Source of the DNA: an uncultured Solirubrobacteraceae bacterium
Lineage (GTDB): Bacteria > Actinomycetota > Thermoleophilia > Solirubrobacterales > Solirubrobacteraceae
DNA: 64,000 bases
Direction of reading: 5' to 3'
Assembly (NCBI GenBank): GCA_963717415.1
Contig: OY970331.1
Coordinates: 730,709-794,708, forward strand
A program made the position numbers and the translations under genes. Position 1 is the first letter of the stretch. Every line of letters starts with the position of its first letter. Below are positions 29,224 through 39,318 of the stretch, piece after piece. The notes beneath the pieces were generated by a model. That model made no database searches. It was not told the origin of the DNA and worked only from the letters and a program-made list of their open reading frames with translations.

Positions 29224-29583
29224 GTGTCCAAGAATGAGATCGACCAGTACCTCGGCACTCTTGATGAGCCCAAGAGAGCAACGCTTGCCGAGTTGCGCGA
29301 GACGATCGTTGCGATCGTCCCTGACGCAGAGCAGTGCATCTCCTACGGCATGCCGGCGTTCAAGCTCGAGGGCAAGACGATTGCGGGGTTCGCGGCCTTC
29401 AAGAATCATCTGAGCTACTTGCCCCATAGCGGCTCCGTGATCCCACTGCTCGCCATGCAGACCGAGGGATACACGAAGACCAAGGGTTCGCTGCACTTCC
29501 CCATAGATAAGCCGCTGCCGAAGAAGCTCGTAAAGAACCTGTTGGACGCCCGGATCGCCGAGGCGTTCGGCCCAAGGCGTTAG
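29224..29583 (+). CDS. DUF1801/iron-chaperone (YdhG-like) protein
   Basis: IDQYL..ISYGMPAF..FAAFKNHLSYLP..KGSLHFP. Confidence 0.88.
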   Translation: MSKNEIDQYLGTLDEPKRATLAELRETIVAIVPDAEQCISYGMPAFKLEGKTIAGFAAFKNHLSYLPHSGSVIPLLAMQTEGYTKTKGSLHFPIDKPLPKKLVKNLLDARIAEAFGPRR

Positions 29584-29614
29584 CCCAAGCTTCAACTCGA
29601 CTCAGTCGACAGCC

Positions 29615-29655
29615 ATCGGGGGTGGCATTCGAACCCGCGACCTCGGGTTGTGAGC
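29615..29655 (-). other. degenerate tRNA-Met(fMet-like) 3' half (att-site relic)
   Basis: Reverse complement gctcacaacccgaggtcgcgggttcgaatgccacccccgat: anticodon loop (CAT changed to CAC), T-loop GGTTCGAAT; no 5' half. Confidence 0.7.
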
Positions 29656-29725
29656 AGAGCCATAGGGGGTCTAGGTGCGTGCCATATGGCCTTCTAGAGC
29701 AATTCTTGTGTGTCTCAGTACCACC

Positions 29726-29760
29726 CAGTATTGCTCAACTTGCACCCCGATTTGCACCCC
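29726..29760 (+). repeat. copy 2 of the dispersed repeat, tandem ttgcacccc x2 (arm-type-site-like)
   Basis: cagtattgctcaacttgcaccccgatttgcacccc, about 70 nt from the tRNA fragment. Confidence 0.75.
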
Positions 29761-29865
29761 GCCTTCGGCTCGGGCCGTTCGAGCACATACCATGCGAACC
29801 GAGATGCGCGCCTCAGATCAAAGCGGGTGCCAGGTAGGCACCGCCGTGGGCGAGGGGTACGCGAG

Positions 29866-30096
29866 TTATGCCTTGGCGAACAGCTGAACGACAGGCTCGA
29901 GGGCGGGCTGTCCCGCATCTGCGCGCGCTGACCCACGGGTCGTCGCGTCCGGAAGGTCGCCGGGTTGGTCCGGAGGATGTGCCGGCGCGTGCTTCCGCGC
30001 GTCCTTCTTGGCCTGCTTGTCCAGCCGACGCTCGCGGAGCTTACTTTCACGGGTGAGCTTCGCCATCGTGGTCTTCCTCTTGCCGCTTGAGGCCAT
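29866..30096 (-). CDS. small basic hypothetical protein
   Basis: MASSGKRKTTMAKLTRESKLRERRLDKQAKK; RBS-like AAGGGCGGA; downstream of the csp gene. Confidence 0.65.
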   Translation of the reverse strand: MASSGKRKTTMAKLTRESKLRERRLDKQAKKDARKHAPAHPPDQPGDLPDATTRGSARADAGQPALEPVVQLFAKA

Positions 30097-30238
30097 GTGT
30101 GTCCGCCCTTGTTGAGGGTGTTCCGAGCGCGTCCTCGCCCGGTTCATTTGGTGCGATGTAGCCCAAGCTACCTACCGTTCTGAACGTCTTCACGGTCCTG
30201 CTGCCTGGAGACCTCGCACGGTCGGCAATCCGCAAGCG

Positions 30239-30442
30239 CTACGCCAGCTTCACGTTTCCGGCCTTGGGTCCCTTGTCCCCCGCCTCGGCGTCGTAGGAGA
30301 CCTTTGCGCCCTCGGCGAGCGAGCGATAGCCCTCCCCCACGATCGCACTGTGATGCACGAACAGGTCCTTCGACTGGTCGTCGGGCGTGATGAACCCGAA
30401 GCCCTTGTCGTCGCTGAACCACTTGACGGTTCCGGTAGCCAT
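30239..30442 (-). CDS. cspA: cold-shock protein
   Basis: [18 protein letters not shown] (RNP1), LFVHHSAI (RNP2), KGPKA; RBS GGAGG. Confidence 0.95.
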   Translation of the reverse strand: MATGTVKWFSDDKGFGFITPDDQSKDLFVHHSAIVGEGYRSLAEGAKVSYDAEAGDKGPKAGNVKLA

Positions 30443-30972
30443 TGTGTTCCCTCCGGCGTTGATAGTGCTGCGAACGCGGAGATTGCTGAGCAAAGGCTAC
30501 GAGCGCTGGCACTGCGATGTTGGGCTAACGCCCAACCTTATGTGCTAACGGTAGCAGCAGCCACGCTCGACGCTCCTCGTGTGTCCCGGCATTGGGGTTC
30601 GCGTCCATCGACCCCCGCCTCGGCGGGTGCTCCTCAGGCCAGCGCGCCGGCTGGCAGAACCAAGCGCAGCGGGGTTGGCGGCTCGGTCGCGCCTGAGCGG
30701 GCGAGCCAAACCGGGATACATGCGACGCGACCACCTCGGAGAAATGCCGGGGCGCGACGAATCACATCGCGAGACGCCCGCCCGGATACGCATGCGGTAA
30801 CGAGCAACTGTCGTGAGATCCGCGCCTAAACTGGATGATTGCCAACCAAAATGGCGGCCGAGGAGCTCAACTACACCCCGCCCGACACCGAGAGTGGCCG
30901 CCGACTGGCCTGTCGCTGACGAGCCACGGACCCACAGCCGTTCGCCGGCACCACCTCAGTGCTCAACTCGAT

Positions 30973-31194
30973 ATGTCCCTCGAACACCTAGACGATCTGC
31001 GAGCGGAGGCTCGGCACGCGCGCGAGCGCTACCAGCTGTACAAAGCGAAGGCCTACGGACAACGGCCCACCAGCCCGGCACGTCTGCGCGAGCTCCAGCG
31101 AGCCTACGAGCAGGCAGAAGCGCGCCTTACTGCCGCTGGGGTTGAGGAGCAGCGCACTGCCGCGCCGGCCGAAAGCCGGCCGGTCCCGAGCTGA
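30973..31194 (+). CDS. small helical hypothetical protein
   Basis: MSLEHLDDLRAEARHARERYQLYKAKAYG.. plausible coiled protein with GC3 codon bias. Confidence 0.6.
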   Translation: MSLEHLDDLRAEARHARERYQLYKAKAYGQRPTSPARLRELQRAYEQAEARLTAAGVEEQRTAAPAESRPVPS

Positions 31195-31349
31195 CCCGCA
31201 GCCCGCCCTTACCGCGCGGCGGTGTCGGAGACGCCAACCTGGCCACCGTCTGACCCTACGGCTCCTTGCGCGGTGGGTGCAACAGCTCGTAGCCAGCGCG
31301 GTGGCCGGGATTTCCTACGTAGTCTTCGACCGCGCCTAGGTGGTGATTC

Positions 31350-31763
31350 CTACGTCTCGGCCTGCCGGGCCCTGAGTTCGAGGCTCGCGATGCGTCCATC
31401 GCGCACGGTCCAGACGGTCACGCTTTGGTGCGTGACCTTGGGACCGCCTCCTCTGAGGCGGCCGTGGCAGCGGTGCACGAGTACGACGCGCTCCCCGTCC
31501 TCGATCATGAGCTCGATCTCCTCGTAGTAGCTCGCCCAGTGCTCCAGCCAATCTCGCAACCCATTACGCAAGCCGCCAAGCCCGGAATAGCTTACCGGTG
31601 CCCCTCCAGGTCGCCGCAACGTGAACTGAAAGGAGGGATCGAAAGACCGGCCGAACACATCGCCCCACCAGCCGCATGCCTGATCGTCGTGGACCAGCGG
31701 CACGAGATCGAACTCGCCGCCAAGCTGCATTGAGCGGACCAGCTCGACGTTCTCAGCTGACAA
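31350..31763 (-). CDS. SnoaL-like/NTF2 family protein
   Basis: MSAENVELVRS..YSGLGGL..WLEHW..VWTVRDGRI. Confidence 0.8.
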   Translation of the reverse strand: MSAENVELVRSMQLGGEFDLVPLVHDDQACGWWGDVFGRSFDPSFQFTLRRPGGAPVSYSGLGGLRNGLRDWLEHWASYYEEIELMIEDGERVVLVHRCHGRLRGGGPKVTHQSVTVWTVRDGRIASLELRARQAET

Positions 31764-31965
31764 CCCACGGCCCCCGTGAGCTCACGCCGCTCCCGAGTTT
31801 GGCGCGCAGGGCATCGCCCAGATGTTCGCCGTCGCCCAGTTCGCCGTCGCCCAAAGCCGCCGGGCGCGGCGGCGCCGGCCGGAGGGGAAGGACGAGAAGC
31901 ACTGGCCCAATATTCGGGCGCATAGACCCACAGCGCAATACCGCAGCTGTGGGATTTCCAGCCGA

Positions 31966-32580
31966 CTAGCAGCCCTTCAACGACGCACCTTGCAGCACCT
32001 GATCTGTGCAGATGGCGATCGCCACGAGCTGTGCGCGGGTGTGCGCGCCGAGCTTGGACATGGCGTTGCGGACATGGGTCCGCACCGTTTCCCGGGAGAT
32101 ATGCAACTGATTGGCAATCTGATCTGTCTCGTGCCCGAGCGCGATCAGCGTGACCACTTCGCGCTCGCGTTTCGTCAGGGGAAGCTCGGCTGTCAGCGAG
32201 GACGAGGACCACGAAGGGTCATCCTTGGCTGCCACATAGATCGCCAGCTTGCGTCCGCTCACGATCGCCAGCCGTGCCGCGAAGTCGATTTGCACCTCGG
32301 CGCCATCGGCTCGGAGCAGGGCACGTTTTCCGGAATATTCGCCGGATCGCAGAAACGCCTCCCACTCGTTCTCCGCCTGAGCCCTCTCTGCGGGCCTGAT
32401 GCTGTCTGCTATCGACGTGCCGAGCAGATCGTGCCGATCCCTGCCAAAGAGCGAGAGGGCGGCGTCATTGATCTCAACGACTCTCCGGTGGTCATCGAGC
32501 AGGATGATCGGGTTCGACGACCGCTCGAAGACCAGCCTGAATAGTCGCTCCCATCCGGCCTCCTCGCTGGGCGCATCCAT
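31966..32580 (-). CDS. PAS + LuxR-HTH transcriptional regulator
   Basis: PAS (VFERS..VEINDAA..RADG) plus LTKREREVVTLIALG..ETVRTHVRNAMSKLG. Confidence 0.92.
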   Translation of the reverse strand: MDAPSEEAGWERLFRLVFERSSNPIILLDDHRRVVEINDAALSLFGRDRHDLLGTSIADSIRPAERAQAENEWEAFLRSGEYSGKRALLRADGAEVQIDFAARLAIVSGRKLAIYVAAKDDPSWSSSSLTAELPLTKREREVVTLIALGHETDQIANQLHISRETVRTHVRNAMSKLGAHTRAQLVAIAICTDQVLQGASLKGC

Positions 32581-32739
32581 CGCTCCCTACGCTACACCCG
32601 ATTCGATTCCGAAGTTTGGATCAGTCATGCAGCAATCGACACCACGCCCGCCGGGCCAACGGCGACCTCCAAGCTGCTCGTATGCTCACTTGACTCACGG
32701 ACGAGGCGGCATGGTGGCCTCCACGTTGCTGAGACAGCG

Positions 32740-32763
32740 AAGGCCCGAATTCCGGGCCTTTTC
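32740..32763. terminator. intrinsic terminator-like hairpin next to the tRNA 3' fragment
   Basis: aaggcccg-aattc-cgggcctt followed by tt; immediately 3' of the tRNA fragment on the minus strand. Confidence 0.7.
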
Positions 32764-32766
32764 TGA

Positions 32767-32809
<43 letters not shown>

Positions 32810-33046
32810 GCCTATCACAAGCGCGCAGGCCGCGAACATACGGGCCGCGCGATGCTGCTGCTCGTCCAGATGGGTCGCATAATCGAAGTAGCCGACACTT
32901 CCGCATTGCCCGGCGTAAGCGGTCGTCCGCCCAGCCGCCGTCGGCGCGATCGAGAATCCCCCAGTGCGAGACCGATGCTGACCGCGGTCGAGACGCTCGC
33001 CATCGCGGATAAGCGCAGCAGCGTCACGGTCGAGGAGGAAAACAAG

Positions 33047-33529
33047 TCATTGCCGCGCATCGCGTTCGCGCCCACCGACGGTCTTCAGCCCCGCTTCGAT
33101 CGTGTCCAGGCGCGCGACGATCTGATCGAGCTTGGCGTCGACCCCGTCGGTTTCCGTGCTTGCGAGGCGGCGACGGGCGGATTCGATGAACGCTGAGGTG
33201 ATGGCGGCTGTGATGACCGTCAGAAAACCGATCCCGACAATCATCACAAGCGCGGCGACGAGCCGTCCCGCCGTGCTCGTGGGGACGAGGTCCCCGTAGC
33301 CGACCGTCGTGACGGTCTGTACGGCCCACCACAGACCGTCGCCGATGTTGGGGTAGGTCTTCTCGTCGATGAAGTGCATCAGCACGCCGCTGACGATCGT
33401 GATCGCGACGGTAGCGGACGCGATGATCCGCGCAGCCCGCACTGTGGTGAGCGGCTTACGCGCAAGGATGTTCAGCCCGTGGGGGCGAGCGGGCGGTGGA
33501 GCGGTCGAGCTTGCGTTGGGTGCGGCCAT
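33047..33529 (-). CDS. two-TM potassium channel family protein
   Basis: LWWAVQTVTTVGYGD selectivity filter. Confidence 0.92.
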   Translation of the reverse strand: MAAPNASSTAPPPARPHGLNILARKPLTTVRAARIIASATVAITIVSGVLMHFIDEKTYPNIGDGLWWAVQTVTTVGYGDLVPTSTAGRLVAALVMIVGIGFLTVITAAITSAFIESARRRLASTETDGVDAKLDQIVARLDTIEAGLKTVGGRERDARQ

Positions 33530-33541
33530 GGTGGTAACCGC

Positions 33542-35629
33542 CTACACGACCGCTGTGCCTGCGACGCTCACGCTCGCGGACTGCAGCTGCGTTTCGGGTG
33601 TGACATCCACCGGCATCGGCGGCGTGCGGTAGGAACCGAGGAATTGGCTCAACGCGCCGAAGACGACGGCGTAGACCCCGAGGATTACGACAGCCTGGGT
33701 CATCCCGTGCCCGTTGAAGTACATCGTGTTGTGGACCGCCGTCAACCCGTTGCGTGGCGGCAGAAACGGCCCTAGGTTCCGCCAGAAGGAAGGCAGGAAC
33801 GGGACCCCGACTGCTCCACCGGAGGATGGGTTGCCGAACAGGATCATCACCATGATCGTCAGGAAAGTCCCGAGGGCTCCGAGCAGCTTCTCAAGCACCG
33901 AGGCGACGAGGGCGGCTGTGAGGATGACGAGGGCCATGATGGCCCACACCGGCCAGAACTGGTGGATCGGCCATCCCCAGGCAAACGCTCCGGAGATCAG
34001 GTCGAGCACCAGTCCGGCAACGAGCGAGAAGACGACGAGGCCCGCGACGCGCCGTGGGCCCGTCGCGGTCCCGGTCACGCTCATCAGCGCCGTCGAAGCC
34101 ACATATCCGGAGATCAGCAGCGCGATCAAGACGATCGACGGGATCACGCCGCCCGAGTCGCCAGACGGCGGCTTGTTGCTGGTCTGAACCTTCAGCGGCG
34201 CCTTCTGCGCCATGGCGGCGGCCGCGAAGTTCGTCAGCAGTGGGTACGGCGCGTACTCACTCGCGGACTCGTTGATGAGCAGGGTGTCCGTCTTGCTTGC
34301 GGCGACCAGCGCACCGTAGATCTTGGCCTGATCGAACGCCTCGTGAACGGCGGCTTCGTTCGGATACTGGATCGTCTTCAGCGACATGTGCCGCTGAACC
34401 TGCGCGACAAGCGCTGAGGAGCCGACCACCCCGAACGGCAGGTTGGAAGCGACCGGGTTCCGATCGGCCGTGGTGTAGTTGATCGCGAACAGGCACTGCA
34501 TCACGGCCACGACCACCAGCGCGCCCACCACCGGAGAGACCCGCGACCCGCCCGAGCTCGGTCCTGGGGTGCTCGGCGCCGAGGCGAGTGCGGGAGGCGT
34601 CTGCGGCCGGAACACGTCGAAGTAGGTACCGAGCGCGACCCCGAGGAGCAGGAAGATCCCGAGAGCGACGAACGCGTGCGTCGTGCCGTTGCCGTCGAAG
34701 TAGAGCGTGTTGCGGATCAGGACCACCGCGTTCTGCGGCGGCAGATACGGTCCGATGGCGTGCCAGAAGGACGGCAGCAGCGGGACCCCGGCGCCGCCGG
34801 CAGAAGAACCGCCGAGAATGATGAAGAGGACGAAGACGACCAGCGTTCCCCACACTCCCAGCACCCGCAAGAGCGCGGCGGCGAACATCGCGACGGCGGC
34901 CGTGATGAGCGCGAAGATCGGCCACAGAGTCCAGAAATGGCTACCGGCGTAGGCGCCGAGCAGCGGCCCGGCGATCAGGTCGGTCAGCAGCCCACCGACG
35001 AACGCGTAGCCAACGAGCGTCGCCATCCGCCCTGGGCCCATCGCGATTCCCGTCGCCTTGGTCAAGAGGACAGACGCCAGATAGCCGCCGATCAAGAGCG
35101 GCAGCAACAGGAGCTCAGCGACGGCGCCGACGGGATCGGCAGGGGGTAGTGGGTGCGACTGCTGGACGACGAGCGGCGTGTGCAGCTTCATCGCGGCCTG
35201 GCGGAACGTGGGCCCGAGCGTGAGCTGCAGGCCGAAGCTCGCGGCCGGGACGACGATCAGCGTGTCCCCTTTGTTTGTGGGAATCAGCGCACCGTAGATC
35301 TTGGTCTGATCGATCGCCTGATGAACGGCGGCTTCGTTCGGATACTGGATCGTCTTCAGGGACACCTGCTTGCCGACCGCGCTCACGAGCGGGGAGGAGC
35401 CGACCAGACCGAACGGAACGTTATGCGGCTTGGACTTCACGGACGAGCCGATGAGGCTGGCCGCAAGCGCGCAAGCCAAGATCAGCACGACGACGAGCGC
35501 CGCGACTGCCTTTACCACGGCCGGCCTCGACAGCCCGCCACCGTTCCCCGTCGAGGGCGCGAGATCCGGCCCTCGAGCTTCACCGTCTTCAAGCGTGGCT
35601 CGCTGCACGGTGGCTGGCTGATCGCTCAT
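33542..35629 (-). CDS. tandem-duplicated ABC-2/YhgE-Pip-like (DUF3533-like) membrane protein
   Basis: Two homologous halves, each with PFG.VGSS, SLKTIQYPNEAAVH, LPSFW..GP.LPP.N and YF.G.G. Confidence 0.75.
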   Translation of the reverse strand: MSDQPATVQRATLEDGEARGPDLAPSTGNGGGLSRPAVVKAVAALVVVLILACALAASLIGSSVKSKPHNVPFGLVGSSPLVSAVGKQVSLKTIQYPNEAAVHQAIDQTKIYGALIPTNKGDTLIVVPAASFGLQLTLGPTFRQAAMKLHTPLVVQQSHPLPPADPVGAVAELLLLPLLIGGYLASVLLTKATGIAMGPGRMATLVGYAFVGGLLTDLIAGPLLGAYAGSHFWTLWPIFALITAAVAMFAAALLRVLGVWGTLVVFVLFIILGGSSAGGAGVPLLPSFWHAIGPYLPPQNAVVLIRNTLYFDGNGTTHAFVALGIFLLLGVALGTYFDVFRPQTPPALASAPSTPGPSSGGSRVSPVVGALVVVAVMQCLFAINYTTADRNPVASNLPFGVVGSSALVAQVQRHMSLKTIQYPNEAAVHEAFDQAKIYGALVAASKTDTLLINESASEYAPYPLLTNFAAAAMAQKAPLKVQTSNKPPSGDSGGVIPSIVLIALLISGYVASTALMSVTGTATGPRRVAGLVVFSLVAGLVLDLISGAFAWGWPIHQFWPVWAIMALVILTAALVASVLEKLLGALGTFLTIMVMILFGNPSSGGAVGVPFLPSFWRNLGPFLPPRNGLTAVHNTMYFNGHGMTQAVVILGVYAVVFGALSQFLGSYRTPPMPVDVTPETQLQSASVSVAGTAVV

Positions 35630-35633
35630 GACG

Positions 35634-36089
35634 TCATGAGCATTTGAGGGCTTCGAACGCTTTCTTGTAGTCGGCGCTGAGCTTGGTAAGCGAGGCCTTG
35701 ATCTTGGGTTCAGCGCTCTTGAGCGCCGCTTCGAGGTTCGAGGATTTGCTCGCAGAGGCGACGCTCGTGGTGATTACGCCGATTTCGGTCTCGAAGGCTT
35801 TGTCTGCGGCATCGATTTCTTCTTTGCTCGCCGTGGGGAGGTTCGGTGCCGCTTCATTGATCTGCTTGATGCTCTTGTCGATCGCTTCGACGCTCGCCTT
35901 GGCTTCGGTTGGGAAGCTCGAGGAGATGGGCAGCGTTTCGAGTTTCTTGATCTGTGCCGAGATTTCGCTGGTCGCCGAGCACACCTGCTTGGTCGCCTTT
36001 TCCCCAGACGATTCGCCGCACCCCGTTAGTCCCAGCGCACCGACTAGGAGCGTGGCAACGGCAGTCGACCTGCTGGGGATCTTGAACAT
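35634..36089 (-). CDS. putative lipoprotein
   Basis: RBS AAGGAG; lipobox LTGC; second Cys in QVCS and a C-terminal LKCS. Confidence 0.75.
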   Translation of the reverse strand: MFKIPSRSTAVATLLVGALGLTGCGESSGEKATKQVCSATSEISAQIKKLETLPISSSFPTEAKASVEAIDKSIKQINEAAPNLPTASKEEIDAADKAFETEIGVITTSVASASKSSNLEAALKSAEPKIKASLTKLSADYKKAFEALKCS

Positions 36090-36211
36090 CAGGTGTCTCC
36101 TTGCTCGGGCGTTTGCAGGCGGCGGCGTGGGGGCGTGGTTCACAAGGGCGCCCAGTCGACGCCCTTCTCCGGCGGCTGCGGCCGAGGCTCGGCCGCAGCC
36201 CGTCCGTCCGG

Positions 36212-36724
36212 CTAGGCCGTGGCGTACTCCTCCTCTGCCTTGTCGAGTTCCTTCTTGAACTCCTTGCTGTCGACGTCCATTTCCTTCTCGATCGTCTTTT
36301 CCGCGCGCGTGAGTATCTGGTCGAGCTGTTCTTCAAGGCGCGATTCGCCGATCACGAGCAGCGTCGCCTCGCCCGCTTCGATGAGGTCGCCCAGTTCCTT
36401 GGCGTCGGCACTTGAAATGCCCTTTTTGAAGTGTCCGCCGAGGCCACCGATGACACCGCCGAGCAATGCCGCGGGGATGACCGCGGGCGCGGCCACGACC
36501 CCGACCACCGCTCCTACGGCGATACCTCCCCAGGCGCCGTGCTGGGTCGGCTTCTCGTGCTTCTCGACCTGGACCTTGCCGTTGGCGTCCTTGGTGACCA
36601 AGGCAACGTCGTAGGTGCCCACGAGCTTCGCCGCGTGCAGTTCGAGAAGCATGTCGTAGTCCGCCTCGGCGCCGGCGGGATCCGCGTAGGTCGCGGCGTA
36701 GATAAAAACCGGATTGTCGCTCAT
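36212..36724 (-). CDS. DUF1269 family membrane protein (paralogue 1)
   Basis: YDVALVTKD..GKV..HGAWGG..glycine zipper..KELGDLIEAGEA. Confidence 0.82.
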   Translation of the reverse strand: MSDNPVFIYAATYADPAGAEADYDMLLELHAAKLVGTYDVALVTKDANGKVQVEKHEKPTQHGAWGGIAVGAVVGVVAAPAVIPAALLGGVIGGLGGHFKKGISSADAKELGDLIEAGEATLLVIGESRLEEQLDQILTRAEKTIEKEMDVDSKEFKKELDKAEEEYATA

Positions 36725-37000
36725 CTCGTCTCCTGTTCTTGTGGGGTGTCGACATTTGAGCGCGGCCGCAGGCGGCCAGCATCGGCCAAATAGGTTGAAA
36801 TTTGATGAGCTGGACGAGCAGTACCCTACGCGTACGTTGACGGTGCGCCCGGCAGCCAGCCCAGCCTAAGCTGCTCCGCCGAGCCGACGGTGCCTGGGAC
36901 TGAAGCGACCGTACCCGCCGGCGGCGATGCGCCGATGCCGGTCGGCCATCGCGTCGCATCCTCCCGGTCATTGCCTGGACGCTTCAGCGTCGGATGCTCC

Positions 37001-37030
37001 CGACTTCATCAGCCAGATCGGGTGAAGTCG
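37001..37030. promoter_or_regulatory. palindrome overlapping the stop codon of the MalT-like gene (candidate operator or terminator)
   Basis: cgacttca-N14-tgaagtcg perfect 8-bp arms; inner TCACCC-N5-GGCTGA on the minus strand. Confidence 0.4.
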
Positions 37031-39318
37031 CGCGAACGTGGCACGGCTAGAGAGTCGATCAAACCGAGCTTCGCCGCGCGCTCGATCGCCTCGCTGCGCT
37101 TCGTGACTTCCAACTTGCGATAGATAGACACAGCCTGTGTCTTGATCGTGGCTCGCGAGACGTATCGCCGCTCAGCGATCTCAGCGATGGTGAGGTGGGT
37201 CGTCAACAGCGGTAGCACCTGCAGCTCAGCCTCGGTGAGCAGTGGGGTCCAGTCACCGGTCAGGGCGTGCATCGCGTTGACCCGATCACGGAGTTCGCCG
37301 GCCTGCCCGACGAGCACGCCGAGGTCGGGGACCCGTCTTACCAGCTGGTCGATCTCCCTTTGCAAGATCATTGCACCCGCGGCGTCGCCCAAAGCGATAC
37401 GGGCGCGCACCAGCTCGAGACGAACCTGCACGCCGTTGAACGGCATGAAGTACGTCAGCAGCGGTCTCAGGCGGTCGGCCCCAGCGAGATGCGTCTGCGC
37501 CTGTTGCAGTTCCCCCCGGTGTAGCGCAACCCTGCCCAGCGCGGCGAAGGTTGTCGCACTCGGCAGATACGCCTCGAACCGTCTTTCGAGCATGCATCGC
37601 TCCGCGTCCTGGGCGAGTTTTTCGGCCGTGTCGAGGTCGCCATCCGCCGCCGCCAGTAGCGAGCGCTGAGCGAGAGCGACCGACGCGTTGCTGGGCATGT
37701 CGAGTTCCTTCGCCGCCTGCGAGTTGTCGCTGAAGACCTGATCCGCCTGCTCGCTATCACCTGCGAGAAGCAATGCGATGCCGAGCATGTTCGACGCCAC
37801 CGGTCGCTGCAAGCTCCAGCTGGGGGACAGCTCGAGCGCTCGCTCGGCGTCGATCCTCATACGGTCGACTCCGTGGCGGCACATGGCCGCTTCAAGGCAT
37901 CTCACCCACGGCTCGATCGTCGCGCCTCCGTCCGGCGCCGGCTGGTCGGTGTCGCCCTGTTTGGCCTCCATTGCCCAACGTTCCGCTTCGGCAGGATGGC
38001 CTGACAGGCCCTCGCACCAGGCTCCCAGGACCGCGACCGCCGGATACTGTCGTGGGGCTCCACGTTCGGATAGCCGCTCGATCCATTTTCGTACCGTCTC
38101 GAGCCGCCCGGCCTGGTGCGCCGGGATCGCGCAAACCGCCACCAGCGTCGCGGCGCGCTTGACGTCGTCGCCCGCGAGAGCGTATGCGATGGCCGCCTCC
38201 CGCGCACCGTTATCCTCGCTCCAGTCAGCTGCGCGGCGGTTGAGCGTCGGGATCACATCTGGCTCGCGCAGGTCGAGTTCGCGGGCGAGCAGATCACGGA
38301 AGAGGTGGTGATAGCGGTACCACTCACCGCGCCGGTCGAGCGCCACGAGCAAGCGGTTTGACTGCTGCAGCGACTCAAGGATCGCTGCGCTCCCCGTCTG
38401 CTTGAGCACGGCGTCGCACAGCGGTCCGCACATCCGGTCGAGCACAGCGGTCCGCGTCAAGAACTCGACCTGATCGGGCGGTAAGCCTGACAGGACCTCA
38501 AGCTGAATATAGTCCGCGATCTGACGCGGCGTACCGCCGATCTCGAGTCCGGCATGCCGATCGCGAGTGCCGGTCTCACGCAAGGAGAGTGCTGTTAGAT
38601 AGATGCTGACGGCCCACCCCTCGGTATGGGCCGTCAGCTCTGCGATCTCCTGTTCGGTGAGAGTGACCCCAGCGGCGCGAAGCAGGGACCCGGCCTCGAC
38701 CACGTCCAGAGCAAGGTCATCGACCTGCAGGTCAGCAACGCGACGCTCAGCTCGGACACGAGCGAGAAAACGCTGCGGCTCGTGGCGGCCCGCGAACATA
38801 AGCCGAGACCCCGCCGGGATGTAGTCGCAGATCGCGGTGAGAACGTCGCAGGCATCGCGCTCGCAAAGCACATGCACGTCGTCGAGCACCACCACCATCG
38901 GATGCTCGATTGAGTTGAAGGCCGCTCGAAGCCGCGGGAGCGTCGTCGACCATAGCGCGTGAGGCGGGTTGCTAACGGCGCCGAAGGTCGTCGGATCAAC
39001 GCCGCTGACCCAGCTAAGAGCCTGTGCGAGATGGGCCGCTAGGACGACGGGATCATTGTCGGCGTCCTCGAGCGAGATCCACCCGAAGCGCCGACCATCT
39101 AACTCCGACGCTTGGGCGAGGAGGGTCGTCTTTCCGTATCCCGCCGGCGCGAAGACCGCCACGACGGGCTCGGCTTGGTGGGCCAATCGCCGCAGTGGCG
39201 TAGTCCGCGGGATCAAGTCCGGATGGAGCCGTGGTCCCCCTGACGTGACCCGTGCTGGCACCTCAACGTCCGGCTGCGGCGCAGCCGCCCTGTCACTTCG
39301 CTCCGAAACCGAGATCAC
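37009..39318 (-). CDS. MalT-like LuxR family regulator (ATPase + TPR + HTH)
   Basis: APAGYGKTT, VLDDVH, TEGWA, YRYHHLF, LTEAELQVLPLL..TIKTQAVSIYRKL. Confidence 0.92.
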   Translation of the reverse strand: MISVSERSDRAAAPQPDVEVPARVTSGGPRLHPDLIPRTTPLRRLAHQAEPVVAVFAPAGYGKTTLLAQASELDGRRFGWISLEDADNDPVVLAAHLAQALSWVSGVDPTTFGAVSNPPHALWSTTLPRLRAAFNSIEHPMVVVLDDVHVLCERDACDVLTAICDYIPAGSRLMFAGRHEPQRFLARVRAERRVADLQVDDLALDVVEAGSLLRAAGVTLTEQEIAELTAHTEGWAVSIYLTALSLRETGTRDRHAGLEIGGTPRQIADYIQLEVLSGLPPDQVEFLTRTAVLDRMCGPLCDAVLKQTGSAAILESLQQSNRLLVALDRRGEWYRYHHLFRDLLARELDLREPDVIPTLNRRAADWSEDNGAREAAIAYALAGDDVKRAATLVAVCAIPAHQAGRLETVRKWIERLSERGAPRQYPAVAVLGAWCEGLSGHPAEAERWAMEAKQGDTDQPAPDGGATIEPWVRCLEAAMCRHGVDRMRIDAERALELSPSWSLQRPVASNMLGIALLLAGDSEQADQVFSDNSQAAKELDMPSNASVALAQRSLLAAADGDLDTAEKLAQDAERCMLERRFEAYLPSATTFAALGRVALHRGELQQAQTHLAGADRLRPLLTYFMPFNGVQVRLELVRARIALGDAAGAMILQREIDQLVRRVPDLGVLVGQAGELRDRVNAMHALTGDWTPLLTEAELQVLPLLTTHLTIAEIAERRYVSRATIKTQAVSIYRKLEVTKRSEAIERAAKLGLIDSLAVPRSRDFTRSG

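Noticed and set aside
31824-31853. 15-bp tandem duplication gttcgccgtcgccca x2
   Set aside because: Only two units in an intergenic or remnant stretch; most likely slippage
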